In this document: one piece after another, positions 1-9,762 of the stretch
Numbering within the stretch: the first letter of the stretch is position 1
How the letters are laid out: every line of letters begins with the position of its first letter
Assembly (NCBI GenBank): GCA_963676075.2
Contig: CAXXNZ010000024.1
Location: forward strand, 32,198 to 96,197
DNA length: 64,000 nt
Reading direction: 5' to 3'
From: Devosiaceae bacterium
GTDB lineage: Bacteria > Pseudomonadota > Alphaproteobacteria > Rhizobiales > Devosiaceae
The notes under the pieces: generated by a model
What the model was told of the DNA's origin: nothing
The model's input: the letters and a program-made list of their open reading frames with translations, nothing else
The model's database searches: none
Program-made: the position numbers and the translations under genes

Positions 1-531
1 GGCATTACCGCCGCCGAAGCCGAATTCCTGCCCAAGATCGCACTGACCGGGATGGTCAACCGGACCTGGGGCGGCCTCTCGGTCGAAGACAACCGTTTTG
101 GCACGACCACACTCGATTCCGACCAGCCAAATGCCGCCATCGGCATTGGCATCAGGTTCCCGATCTTTGACGGCGGCATGCGCAAGTCGCGTCTCGACAC
201 GGCCCGAGCCCACGCCGCCGCCACTGAACAGGATTTTGCCAAGCTGCAAAGCGAAGCGGCGCGGCAGATTGTCGTCGCCTATGATGCGTTAAGGACCGGG
301 CTGTCCGGCCACAGGGCGGCATCTGAGCTGGTCAAGGCGGCACGGACCAACCATCAGGCAGCGCTCGAATACTACGAGAACGGCCTCGGCACCCTGTCCG
401 AGGTCAGCATCACCCAGACCGGTCTTCTCAAGGCCCTTTTTGCCGAGGCCCAGGCGCGCTCCAATGTCTTTGGCGCGGCGGCCACGCTGGCCTTCGCCAC
501 CGGTCAATTGACAAACGCCAACGTGCCGTAG
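1..531 (+). CDS. TolC-family outer membrane efflux protein, C-terminal part (5' end outside window)
   Basis: Frame 1 is open from base 1 to TAG 529-531. The track ORF 52..531 shows outer-membrane-factor style helical repeats (IFDGGMRKSRLDTARAHAAATEQDF, ALEYYENGLGTLSEVSITQTGLL). Confidence 0.65.
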   Translation, partial: GITAAEAEFLPKIALTGMVNRTWGGLSVEDNRFGTTTLDSDQPNAAIGIGIRFPIFDGGMRKSRLDTARAHAAATEQDFAKLQSEAARQIVVAYDALRTGLSGHRAASELVKAARTNHQAALEYYENGLGTLSEVSITQTGLLKALFAEAQARSNVFGAAATLAFATGQLTNANVP

Positions 532-543
532 CCCACGCAGTTA

Positions 544-1569
544 TTAGCGAACGAGAATTCCACGCCTGATGGCCTGCTGCTGCGCTTTCAGCGCCAGTTC
601 GGTCACGGTGAAGGTGTGGGACTGCGGACAGGCCGTGTCGGTGCGGTCGCGGATATCGGCGGCCAGGTTCTCGAAATAGGGCAGCTCGGCGGTCGAGCAA
701 TCGACATATTCGTAGTCGGTGCCGTTGAACAGGAACAGGTGGTCGGTGCCAGGGCGCCCCTTGAGGTCGACATATTTGCGCAGCTCGATCTGGCCCTCGG
801 TGCCATAGAGGAACAACCGCCCGTCGCCCCAGTTCGGCAGGGCATCGGCAGTGTACCAGTCGAGACGGACATAGCCCTGCGTGTCGCCGCCGGTCAGGTT
901 CATCTCACCGAAGTCCTCGAACTGCGGATGATCGGGATTGACGAAATTGCCGACCGCCGCATGGACGATCTCGGCGCTGTCTAGCCCGGCGAAATGCAGA
1001 TACTGGTCGATCTGGTGGGTGCCGATATCGGCAAGAATGCCGCCATAGAGCGCCGGGTCAAAAAACCAGTCCGGACGCATCTGGATATTGAGCCGGTGCG
1101 GTCCCATGCCGACAGTCTGCACGAGCTTGCCGATGCGGCCCTGACGTACAAGTTCGGTGGCGACCGTCACGGCACGCACCTCAAACCGTTCCGAGAAATC
1201 GACACTCCAGATACGTCCTGTTTCAGCGACGACGGCCCGGATTCGCTCGAGCTCTTCAAGGGTGATGCAGCCGGGCTTGTCGAGCATGACGTCCTTGCCG
1301 TGGCGCATGGCCTCGATGGCAAGGTCGGCCCGTTCATGCGGCGCCGCCGCAATCAGGACCAGTGCGATCGACTCGTCATCGAGAATGCGCTGACGCTCGG
1401 CGATTCTCGGGGTGTCGGGAAAGCGTTTGAGGAAACCGGCGAGCGGTTGCGGCTCGCCCTTTGTCCAGTATCCCGCCATCTCGCAGCCGGCAGCGATCAT
1501 GCCCTCTGCCATGCCGTAGATGTGGCGATGATCAAGGCCGATCGCGGCAAAGCGCACGCCCATATTCAT
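544..1569 (-). CDS. Gfo/Idh/MocA family oxidoreductase
   Basis: 341-aa ORF. N-terminal Rossmann-like start RFAAIGLDHRHIYGM and family-typical length. GGAGG lies upstream of ATG 1569. Confidence 0.8.
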   Translation of the reverse strand: MNMGVRFAAIGLDHRHIYGMAEGMIAAGCEMAGYWTKGEPQPLAGFLKRFPDTPRIAERQRILDDESIALVLIAAAPHERADLAIEAMRHGKDVMLDKPGCITLEELERIRAVVAETGRIWSVDFSERFEVRAVTVATELVRQGRIGKLVQTVGMGPHRLNIQMRPDWFFDPALYGGILADIGTHQIDQYLHFAGLDSAEIVHAAVGNFVNPDHPQFEDFGEMNLTGGDTQGYVRLDWYTADALPNWGDGRLFLYGTEGQIELRKYVDLKGRPGTDHLFLFNGTDYEYVDCSTAELPYFENLAADIRDRTDTACPQSHTFTVTELALKAQQQAIRRGILVR

Positions 1570-1603
1570 TGTGTCCTCCTTGCCGCACCGACGGCGGCTG
1601 TTC

Positions 1604-2384
1604 TTATAGGCGCGACAGCGTCAGGCCACCATCGGCATTGATGACGCTGCCGGTTTGAAAATCCCATTTCCGGTCCGGCGAGAGCGCTGACGGCAGAAGC
1701 GACATCGGCGCCTTCGCCCCAGCGCGCGGCCGGCACGAGGCCATCGGCGATCAGGGCATCGTATTTCGACGAGACCTTGGCGGTCATATCGGTGCGTATG
1801 ATGCCCGGCCGAACCTCGAACACCGGAATGCCCTCCGGCGCAAGTCTTGCGGCGAAGCCTTGCACCGCCATGGCAAGGCCCGCCTTCGAGACCGAATATT
1901 CGACCCGGTTGAGCGAAACCATTTCAGCCGAACAGGAGGTGACGAAGATCAGCGCCTGCCCCGGCTTCGGGCCGGCGGCAATCATCCGGTTGGCAACGGC
2001 CTGAGCGAAAAAGAACGCACCGCGCAAATTGACGCCCATCACCTTGTCGTAATTTTCAGGCGTGGTTTCAAGGATATCGAGCCGCTGCGGTGGCGCGATG
2101 CCGGCATTGGACACCAGCACATCGACGGGATCGAGCGCCGCCTCGACGTCCATGAGCACACGGTGGTGATCGTCGAGATCGTCGATCCGTCCATCAATAT
2201 AGGTCACCCGCGTCTCGTGGCGGGCGATCTGCTTGAGGGCAGCTTGCGCCACATCATCTTCGGGTGCAGTGCCGGTGATGGCAACATCGAAGCCGTCGGC
2301 GGCAAGGGCGTCGGCGATCGCCAGCCCGATGCCACGACGGCCGCCGGTGACAAGGGCGACGCGGCGGTGTTCGGAAGTGCTCAT
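1604..2384 (-). pseudogene. SDR family oxidoreductase (3-oxoacyl-ACP reductase-like) with a +1 frameshift near the 3' end
   Basis: The N-terminus has the SDR cofactor motif ALVTGGRRGIGLAIA. After ...LAGPEMGFS the track frame becomes junk (NRQRHQCRWW...). Dropping one base in the T3/A4 runs at 1654-1661 gives TGSVINADGGLTLSRL-TAA (stop 1604-1606), the canonical SDR C-terminus. That leaves a normal spacer with GGAGG before the next gene. 781 nt minus 1 = 260 codons. Confidence 0.75.
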
Positions 2385-2396
2385 GCCAGTCTCTCC

Positions 2397-3770
2397 CTAG
2401 ATAGCAAAGAAGGTCGGATAGGGTTCACCCGAGCCCATGCGACCGATCAGATGGACCAGTTCGCGCATGTGATAATCGCCCCACATCGTCGCTTCGCCGG
2501 ACGGGTTCCTGCGCCCCGGCTGCACATGGTCCCAGCCGTTCGGGCGGTGGTACTGGGAGTGCAGCACCAGGCCCTGATGATCGGCATCGGACGACAGGTA
2601 GTTGGGACCGAGCAGGGTGTTGAGCACCGTCAGTCCGGCCTGAACATAGCTCGCCGCATTGTCGCGCTTGTTGGCTGCAAGCCAGTTGCCATAGCGGATC
2701 AACCCTTGGGCGCCGATGGCGGCAGCCGAAGAGTCGACCGGCTCGATGTCGTTTTCGGGTTCCGACGGGCGGGCATAGACATCTCCGAGCGCCTTGAGTC
2801 CCGGCGCGCCGGTGTCCCAATAGGGAATGCCGTCGGTCGCGGTGTGTGCGATGTAGAAATCGCATGTCGCCGCGGCAGCGCGGTCGAACAGATCGACGAC
2901 CTCGGCTTTGCCGCCGAGGCCGGCAAATGGTGTGTCGTCAAGCGTGTCGAACCATTCGAGCAACTCGGCATACCCGGCCATGGCCCAGCTGAGCCCGCGC
3001 GTCCAGGTGGAAAACCCTGTGTAGCCCTGCTGGGTGCCGACACAACGGAAAGCGCCGCTGACGGTGTTGAAGATCGCCTCATGGGCGGTGCGGCCACGCT
3101 CGTCCCAGATGTCCCGCCCCTCGCCCCAGAACAGATTGTACTGGGCCGTCGCCCGCGCATGGGCGATCAGCCTGTCGAACAACGGGATGACAGCATCGCC
3201 CTCGCCCTTGACGACATGGCCGAGCTGATGGCCGAGCGCCAGGATCCTGAGGGTGCGCATGGTGTCGATGAACAACGAATGCGGACCGTTGAAGGAATGG
3301 ATATAGCCCTTGCCACCGCCGAGATCGGTCCAGCGCCGCGCCTGCACTGCCGCGGAGGCCTTTATAGCCAGCGCGAAATATTCCTTTTGCCATTCATTGT
3401 GCGGAATACGGCCCTCTTTCATCAGTCGTAGCAGGTTGCCGTAGGTCGAGACCTGGTTGAAGCCGTGATCGTGCACGCCGAAATGGGTGATATGGGCCGG
3501 CATGTCGGCGCGGGTGCGCGCGAGGCCGAGTGCCAGAAAGCTCTCGTCGCCTGTCGCGTCGAACTGCAGGAGGGCCGAACCGAATTCGAACCCTTGCGTC
3601 CAGTCGGTCCAGCCGCGCGGCGAATAGAGCCCGGCGACGGTGTGCACCGGCGCGCCGGCGGAGCGGTCGAGCGTCTGGTCGATCGACATGATCTTGGTTC
3701 CGGAGACCTGCCACATGGTCCCGATCGCCGGCAGCAAGGCGCCCGGTGTCAGAGTAAAGTCGATTTTCAT
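2397..3770 (-). CDS. glycoside hydrolase family 88-like (unsaturated glucuronyl hydrolase-like) protein
   Basis: 457-aa ORF with motifs recalled from GH88: HDHGFN, STWTRGLSWAMAGY, DSSAAAIGAQGL, MWGDYHMREL. Family assignment is from memory of these motifs, not a search. Confidence 0.55.
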   Translation of the reverse strand: MKIDFTLTPGALLPAIGTMWQVSGTKIMSIDQTLDRSAGAPVHTVAGLYSPRGWTDWTQGFEFGSALLQFDATGDESFLALGLARTRADMPAHITHFGVHDHGFNQVSTYGNLLRLMKEGRIPHNEWQKEYFALAIKASAAVQARRWTDLGGGKGYIHSFNGPHSLFIDTMRTLRILALGHQLGHVVKGEGDAVIPLFDRLIAHARATAQYNLFWGEGRDIWDERGRTAHEAIFNTVSGAFRCVGTQQGYTGFSTWTRGLSWAMAGYAELLEWFDTLDDTPFAGLGGKAEVVDLFDRAAAATCDFYIAHTATDGIPYWDTGAPGLKALGDVYARPSEPENDIEPVDSSAAAIGAQGLIRYGNWLAANKRDNAASYVQAGLTVLNTLLGPNYLSSDADHQGLVLHSQYHRPNGWDHVQPGRRNPSGEATMWGDYHMRELVHLIGRMGSGEPYPTFFAI

Positions 3771-3962
3771 CGGGCGTCCCTTGATCCTGAGCGTGTTTTT
3801 CCTAGCAGAAGGAATGACCGATCCGTGTCCGACTAATGCGCCCGGCGTGCCCGGCTTCGGGCGATTGCGCGCCGAAACGATGTCGTCAGTCTTGACTCCT
3901 CCATGCCCCGAAACCTAACACTACCAACCAGTAAGTAACAAGACTCGTCGGGGGTGGGGGAG

Positions 3963-5122
3963 ATGGCGGCAACCGATCGAATTGGCATCATCATGCACGG
4001 CGTGACCGGGCGCATGGGGATGAACCAGCATCTCATTCGCTCGATACTTGCCATCCGCGAGGAAGGCGGGCTGGCGCTCAGTGACGGATCGCGGGGTCAT
4101 GCCCGATCCTATCCTTGTCGGGCGCAATGCAGACAAGATCGAACGACTGGCCAAAACGCAGGGCATCGAGCGCTGGACCACCGATATCGACGCCGCATTG
4201 GCCAATCCAGACGACACAGTGTTTTTCGATGCCGCCTCGACCCAGTTGCGCCCGGCACTGCTGCGCAAGGCGATCGACGCCGGCAAGCATGTTTATTGCG
4301 AAAAGCCAGTATCGGACGGTCTCGACGCAGCGATCGAGATTGCCCGCTATGCGCAAAAAGCCGGCGTCAAGAACGGCATCGTCCACGACAAGCTCGACCT
4401 GCCCGGCCTGATCAAGCTCAAGCGCCTGAGAGAGACCGGCTTTTTCGGCCGCATCCTGTCGGTCAGGGGCGAGTTCGGCTACTGGGTCTTTGAAGGCGAC
4501 TGGATGCCGGCTCAACGCCCAAGCTGGAACTACCGTGCCGAGGAGGGCGGCGGCATCGTCTGGGACATGCTCTGTCACTGGCGCTACGTGCTGGACAACG
4601 TCATTGCGCCGGTCAAATCGGTCAGTTGCACCACTGCCACCCATATCCCCGACCGCTGGGACGAGCAGGGTAAGCACTACGCGGCAAATGCCGATGACGC
4701 CGCTTATGCCACCTTTGAGCTCGAAGGCGGCATCGTCGCCCATATCAATTCGAGCTGGTGCACCCGCGTGCGCCGCGACGACCTGGTCACTTTCCATGTC
4801 GATGGCACCCACGGCTCCGCCGTTGCCGGGCTGCACAAGTGCTATTCCCAGCACCGCGTCAACACGCCCAAGCCGGTGTGGAACCCCGACGAGCCACAAA
4901 CGCTCGACTTCTTCTCCGGTTGGGAAGAAGTGCCGGACAATGCCGTCATGGACAACGGCTTCAAGGTGCAGTGGCAGCAGTTCCTGCGTCACGTCCTCGA
5001 GGATGCGCCCTGGCACTACACGCTGAGCGAGGGCGCCAAGGGCGTTCAACTCGCCGAGGCCGGCTACAGGAGTGCGTGCGCGCGAGCGGCGCTGGATCGA
5101 TCTCGAAGATCTCGACATCTAG
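3963..5122 (+). pseudogene. Gfo/Idh/MocA family oxidoreductase interrupted by two +1 frameshifts
   Basis: The Rossmann N-terminus [19 protein letters not shown]...LALSDGSR is in frame 0. The body [18 protein letters not shown]...HVYCEKP... is in frame 1, and the two join if one G of GGGG 4093-4096 is removed. The C-terminus ERRWIDLEDLDI-TAG (5120-5122) is in frame 2, with the junction around 5074-5084. 1160 nt minus 2 = 386 codons. The track ORF 4048..5382 otherwise overruns the next gene by 260 nt. Confidence 0.7.
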
Positions 5123-5125
5123 GGG

Positions 5126-5978
5126 ATGACGCCGGTGCCGGACAAAAGAGCCACGCTGCAACCGCACCACCTGTCCCTCAACACGGCGACGGTCCGGGCG
5201 CAATGGACCCTGGCCGAGGCCATAGACGGCTGTGCCCGCCATGGCTTCGGGCGGCATTTCGCCCTGGCGCGACAAGCTCCACGAGATGGGCGCCGACAAC
5301 GCTGCCCGCGCCATTTCCGATGCCGGGATCGGCGTGTCGGGCCTATGCCGCGGCGGCTGGTTCACGGCGGAAGGCGCGCTGACTGACACGGTGATCGACG
5401 ACAACCGCCGGGCCGTCGATGAAGCGGCAAACGATCGGCGCCGAGTGCCTTGTCTTCGTTGTCGGCGGCTTGCCCGAAGGCTCATGCGATATCGCCGCCG
5501 CCCGCAACCTTATTGAGGACGGGCTCGGACAAACGCTTGAGTATGCGCGCAAGGCGGGTGTCAGGCTTGCCATCGAACCCCTGCACCCGATGTATGCCGC
5601 CGACCGCGCTCTGGTGAACACGACGCGCCAGGCGCTCGACATCTGCGATCGACTGGGCGACGGCATCGGCGTAGTGCTCGACGTTTATCACATCTGGTGG
5701 GACCCCGAGATCGAGGCTCAGATCGCCCGCGCCGGCAGGGAGCGGATCATGGCCTTCCACGTCTGCGACTTGGCTGGTGCCGACAAAGGACATGTCTGAA
5801 CGACCGCGGCATGATGGGCGACGGCGTCATCGACATTCCCCACCTGCGCCACGCGGTCGAGGCGAATGGATATTCCGGCCTGGTCGAGGTCGAGATCTTT
5901 TCCGCTAAGGATTGGTGGACGCGCGACGCCGACGAGGTGATGCGAACCATCATCGCGCGTGCTGCGGAATATTGCTGA
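5126..5978 (+). pseudogene. sugar phosphate isomerase/epimerase (xylose isomerase-like TIM barrel) with 3-4 frameshifts
   Basis: The protein is split over track ORFs 5126..5386, 5232..5516, 5419..5799 and 5697..5978. Junctions: GCARHGFG|GISPWRDKL (GGG/C at 5049-5052), AVDEAA|TIGAECLVFVVGG (AAA 5429-5431) and AFHVCD|WLVPTKDM|LNDRGMMGDGVIDIP (TT 5770-5771 and T 5795). 853 nt minus 4 = 283 codons. Confidence 0.7.
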
Positions 5979-6112
5979 ACCGCTAGGTCGGATGGCGCAT
6001 TGGTTCTGGGCATTATCAGCAGCGATTCGGCATTGGCAGTCCACGCTCACGCGGCGCGGCAAGACCGCCGAAGAACAAATCTGATCGGCCGCCTTCCTGC
6101 AAAGGAGCATTC

Positions 6113-6773
6113 ATGAACGGCAGCACACCCGGCACCAAACTCATCCGCAAGAAGCGCGGACAGCGCGATTCCGCCGCCTCGCGCGCCGCGATCCTGCAAG
6201 CCGCACTCAACGAGTTCTCCTCGGCCGGCTACGAAGGTGCGCGCGTCGACCGAATCGCCGAAACGGCCGGCGTCAGCAAACCGCTGCTCTATGACTATTT
6301 CGGCGACAAGGACGATCTCTATGCCGCCGCCCTGCGCGAAGCCTATGTCCAGATCCGTCAGGCCGAAACCGATCTCAGTCTCGAGACGCTGGCGCCACGC
6401 GAGGCCATCCGCGAACTGGTGCTGTTCACCGTCGCTCACTACCGGCGCAATCCCTGGTTCATCGCCATGCTCAACACTGAAAACCTCAGGGGCGGCACGA
6501 CCGTAACCAAGCTCGCGGACCGCCAGGAAATCCAGTCAAGACTCCTGCTGGCGCTGCACGATGTGCTCTGAGCGCGGCAAAAAGGACGGCATTTTCCACC
6601 GCGAGATCTCGCCGGTCCGCCTTTACCTCGTCATTGCCTCGCTGTGCTGGTTTCCTGTCTCCAACCGCTTCACGCTGTCGGCAATTTTCGATCTCGATTG
6701 GGGTGACGCCGAGTTCGGCGAACATGCCGAGACCGTCGCCGACATCATCAACACCTGGCTGACAGCGAAATAG
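6113..6773 (+). pseudogene. TetR/AcrR family transcriptional regulator with one +1 frameshift
   Basis: The N-terminal TetR HTH is SRAAILQAALNEFSSAGYEGARVDRIAETAGVSKPLLYDYFGDK. The frame ends at TGA 6569-6571 inside GTGCTCTGAGCGC. Removing one base continues into track ORF 6561..6773 (RGKKDGIFHREISPVRLYLVIASL...). 661 nt minus 1 = 220 codons. Confidence 0.75.
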
Positions 6774-6951
6774 CCGGCTGGAAGGCGAGCCTGTCCGTCT
6801 CCCGATCGGATGTTAGGCCCGGCGTCAGCGGCAGTCCGGCGCCGAAAGTTCGTCCTTTTTCCGGAACGCAACGCACCGCCGCGACAATTCGATCGCAAAA
6901 AGCTCTGCATTTTTTCGAACCCGGCCTTGCATGCAGCGAGCGCAACACATC

Positions 6952-6961
6952 TTGTTAACAA
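6952..6961. promoter_or_regulatory. perfect 10-bp palindrome TTGTTAACAA, candidate operator upstream of the ABC operon
   Basis: Read directly. It lies 63 bp upstream of ATG 7024 and downstream of the TetR gene. No binding evidence. Confidence 0.2.
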
Positions 6962-7023
6962 ATGGCCTCGCCGCTAGGCTCTTATCTCCTTTCAACGCCG
7001 CAGCATCTCTCCGGAGCCCACAC

Positions 7024-8046
7024 ATGAACATGAAACTGTCGCTCGCACTCAGCGCCGCCGTCCTGACGCTCGTATCAGGCACCGCCTCGGCAAAAACCTT
7101 CACGGTCTCCTGGTGGGGCTACAATGGCGAGAAACTGCAGGCCAATATCATCGAGCCGTTCCAGAAACTGTGCGGCTGCGACGTCGTCTTCGAAACCGGC
7201 AACAACGCCGACCGCCTCAACAAGCTGAAAGCACGCGGCGGCAAGGGCGTCGACGTCATTTACCTGACCGACAGCTATTCCCAGCTCGGCATCGAGGAAG
7301 GCATCTTCCAGAAGATCGATCCCGCTAAGATCCCCAATCTCGACAAGCTCTACGACCTGGCCAAGGATCCGCAGGGCGGGTATGGCCCGGCCTATACCGT
7401 CGGCCGCGCCGGCATCGTCTATGACGCCGACAAGGTCGACCCGATCACCTCGTGGGACGATCTGTGGCGCGAGGATCTGAAGGGTCAGATCACCCTGCCC
7501 GATATCACCACCACCGCCGGCCCGATGGTCGTGGTTCAGGCCGGCAAGCATGCCGGCGTCGATGCCTACACCGATCCCGATGCGGCGTTCGCCGCCGTCG
7601 AGGCGCTCAAGCCGAATTCGGTGAAAAACTATCACACCGGCTCCGAACTGGTGAACCTGTTCTCGACCGGCGAAGTGAGCGTTGGCCTCGCCCAGGACTT
7701 CACCATGAACTCGTTGAAAAAGGCCGTGCCGAGCGCCGTCTGGGCCGACCTCACCGATGGCGACATCGCCACGCTCAACACCATCAACATCCCGACCGGC
7801 GCCGAAAACGTCGATCTGGCCTATGAGTTCATCAACTTCGTGCTGTCGACCGAGATCCAGCAGATCGAAGCCGAACAGGGTGTCGACGCGCCGGTGAACA
7901 CCGAAGTCGAGCTCACCCCGGAACAGGCGGCGCTGTGGACCTATGGCGCCGACGCGATCGCCAAGCTCAGCCGGATGGACTACGCCAAGATGAACGCCGA
8001 CAAGGCCGACTGGATCGACCGCTGGAACGAAATCTTCGGCATGTAA
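7024..8046 (+). CDS. ABC transporter periplasmic substrate-binding protein (PotD/PotF-like, family 1)
   Basis: Track ORF 6931..8046. The likely start is ATG 7024, giving signal peptide MNMKLSLALSAAVLTLVSGTASA. It is followed by two permeases and an ATPase. Confidence 0.8.
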   Translation: MNMKLSLALSAAVLTLVSGTASAKTFTVSWWGYNGEKLQANIIEPFQKLCGCDVVFETGNNADRLNKLKARGGKGVDVIYLTDSYSQLGIEEGIFQKIDPAKIPNLDKLYDLAKDPQGGYGPAYTVGRAGIVYDADKVDPITSWDDLWREDLKGQITLPDITTTAGPMVVVQAGKHAGVDAYTDPDAAFAAVEALKPNSVKNYHTGSELVNLFSTGEVSVGLAQDFTMNSLKKAVPSAVWADLTDGDIATLNTINIPTGAENVDLAYEFINFVLSTEIQQIEAEQGVDAPVNTEVELTPEQAALWTYGADAIAKLSRMDYAKMNADKADWIDRWNEIFGM

Positions 8047-8054
8047 AACAGGCC

Positions 8055-8084
8055 GGACCGCCCTGTCTCCTGGCAGGGCGGTCC
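8055..8084 (+). terminator. intercistronic stem-loop after the SBP gene (11-bp perfect stem, no T tract)
   Basis: GGACCGCCCTG (8055-8065) pairs with CAGGGCGGTCC (8074-8084), with an 8-nt loop. It probably acts as an attenuator or mRNA stabiliser rather than a full terminator. Confidence 0.4.
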
Positions 8085-8137
8085 GTGACTTTCCCTTACG
8101 GCACGTCTCCGCGCCGTTCTGAAAAGCAGACTTTCGC

Positions 8138-8965
8138 ATGAAGCCACGACTGCAAGCCTGGCTGCTGGCCTTCCCCGCAACGCTGTTCGTCGGCGTCTGT
8201 CTTGGCTGGCCTGTGCTGTCGACGCTGGCAACGACCTTTGGCGAAGAGGCCGGGCCGTTTGCCACCTATGTCAAGTTCTTCACCTCCGCCTTCCGCGTCA
8301 CCGTCCTGACGCGCACGTTCGAGATCGCCGTGATCACGACGGCGATTTCCGTCGTCATCGGTTTCGCCACCGCATGGGTGGTGGCGCGCGCACCGGGCCG
8401 GATGAAGAGCATTCTCATCATCGCCTCGGTGTTTCCACTGCTGACCTCGGTTGTCGTGCGCTCGTTCGCCTGGCTGGTGATCCTCGGCAAGAACGGCATC
8501 CTCAACAAGGCGCTGCTCTTTATCGGCGTCACCGACGAACCGCTGTCGATGCTCTACACCGAAGGCTCGGTCATCGTCGCCATGGTCTATCTGTTCGTGC
8601 CACTTATGATCCTGACGCTTGTCGGCGTGCTTGAGGGCATCCCGCGGGATCTGACCGAAGCGGCCGCTTCGCTTGGCGCGACGCCGGCCGCGGCCTTCCG
8701 TCAGGTGGTGTTCCCGATGGCGGTGCCGGGGCTGATCGTCGGCGCGGTTCTGGTCTTCACTGGTTCGTTCACCTCCTATGCCACCCCGCAATTGCTCGGA
8801 GGCGACCGGCAGATGATGATGGGCACCTTCCTTTACCAGCGCGCCATGGTGATCTTCGACTGGGTCGGCGCCTCGACGATCGCCGCAGTCATGGTGGTGG
8901 TCACCCTCACAACGGTCCTTTTGATGTCGCGCCTGGCGCGCAAGCTCAATCCGGTGGTCGGATGA
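8138..8965 (+). CDS. ABC transporter permease
   Basis: 275-aa multi-pass hydrophobic ORF between the SBP gene and the second permease. Its stop overlaps the next start (ATGA at 8962). Confidence 0.85.
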   Translation: MKPRLQAWLLAFPATLFVGVCLGWPVLSTLATTFGEEAGPFATYVKFFTSAFRVTVLTRTFEIAVITTAISVVIGFATAWVVARAPGRMKSILIIASVFPLLTSVVVRSFAWLVILGKNGILNKALLFIGVTDEPLSMLYTEGSVIVAMVYLFVPLMILTLVGVLEGIPRDLTEAAASLGATPAAAFRQVVFPMAVPGLIVGAVLVFTGSFTSYATPQLLGGDRQMMMGTFLYQRAMVIFDWVGASTIAAVMVVVTLTTVLLMSRLARKLNPVVG

Positions 8966-9750
8966 ACACACGTATCCATCCCGCCCTGATCGCCTTTGCC
9001 ACGCTGACGTTCATCTTCCTGATCGGACCGCTGATCATCATCATCGGCACGGCGCTGTCGGACACCACCTTCCTGACCTTCCCGCCGCAGGGACTGTCGA
9101 TGCGCTGGTTCGCCAACATCTTCGAGATCTCGGCCTTCAAGACCACCATGGTGACGAGCTTCACGCTTGCCATTCTCGGCACGCTACTGTCGCTGACCAT
9201 CGGCGTGCCGGCTGCCTATGCGCTGGCCCGCTACCGGATCGAATTGCCGAAGTTCCTTGCCAATCTCTTCGTGCTGCCGATCCTCGTGCCGGAAATCGTC
9301 CTCGGTTTCTCGCTGCTGAAATCGGTGGCCACTGGCGCGGGAGCCTCGATCTGGGTGAGCCTCTTGATCGGCCACGCGCTGCTGGTCCTGCCCTATTGCG
9401 TGCGCGTTGTCGGCGCCTCGCTCAATTCCTTCGACTTCTCGGTCGAGGAAGCCGCCATTTCGCTCGGCTGCCCGCGCTGGAAGGCCTTCTTCACCATCGT
9501 TCTGCCCAATATCCGCGCCGGCGTCATCGCCGCGTTCATCCTGGCCTTCATCACCTCCATCAACGATGTCTCGGTTTCGATCTTTTTGACCGGACCGGGC
9601 ATTTCCACCCTGCCGATTCAGCTTCTCGCCCATATGGAGCAGTTCTTCGATCCGACGATCGCTGCCGTCTCCGTGCTTCTGATGGGCGTCACCGTCGCCG
9701 TGATGGCGGTGGTGGAATGGACGCTCGGCCTCACATTCCTGACGAAATGA
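8962..9750 (+). CDS. ABC transporter permease
   Basis: 262-aa hydrophobic ORF with an EAA-like loop (EEAAISLGCPRWKAFFTIVLP). Confidence 0.85.
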   Translation: MNTRIHPALIAFATLTFIFLIGPLIIIIGTALSDTTFLTFPPQGLSMRWFANIFEISAFKTTMVTSFTLAILGTLLSLTIGVPAAYALARYRIELPKFLANLFVLPILVPEIVLGFSLLKSVATGAGASIWVSLLIGHALLVLPYCVRVVGASLNSFDFSVEEAAISLGCPRWKAFFTIVLPNIRAGVIAAFILAFITSINDVSVSIFLTGPGISTLPIQLLAHMEQFFDPTIAAVSVLLMGVTVAVMAVVEWTLGLTFLTK

Positions 9751-9762
9751 TCCCGCGCGCCC

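Noticed and set aside
1860-3431. Very long ORFs on the opposite strand or in other frames of recognised genes. Examples are 1860..3431(+), 20452..22413(+), 22880..24445(+), 29042..31531(+), 31584..33116(+), 34216..35694(-), 37932..39176(-) and 43024..44004(-).
   Set aside because: These are typical GC-rich shadow ORFs. Their translations are Arg/Gly/Asp/His-rich low-complexity sequence, and they overlap genes with strong family signatures (GH88-like, nqr, pflB, kynU, cheA, mcp, cheB).
4048-5382. A 444-aa ORF taken at face value as a Gfo/Idh/MocA protein with a 90-aa C-terminal extension.
   Set aside because: The extension (ACARAALDRSRRSRHLGDDAGAGQ...) is junk and overlaps the next gene by 260 nt. 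The N-terminal Rossmann segment and a clean C-terminus (ERRWIDLEDLDI-stop) lie in other frames, so the gene is frameshifted rather than extended.
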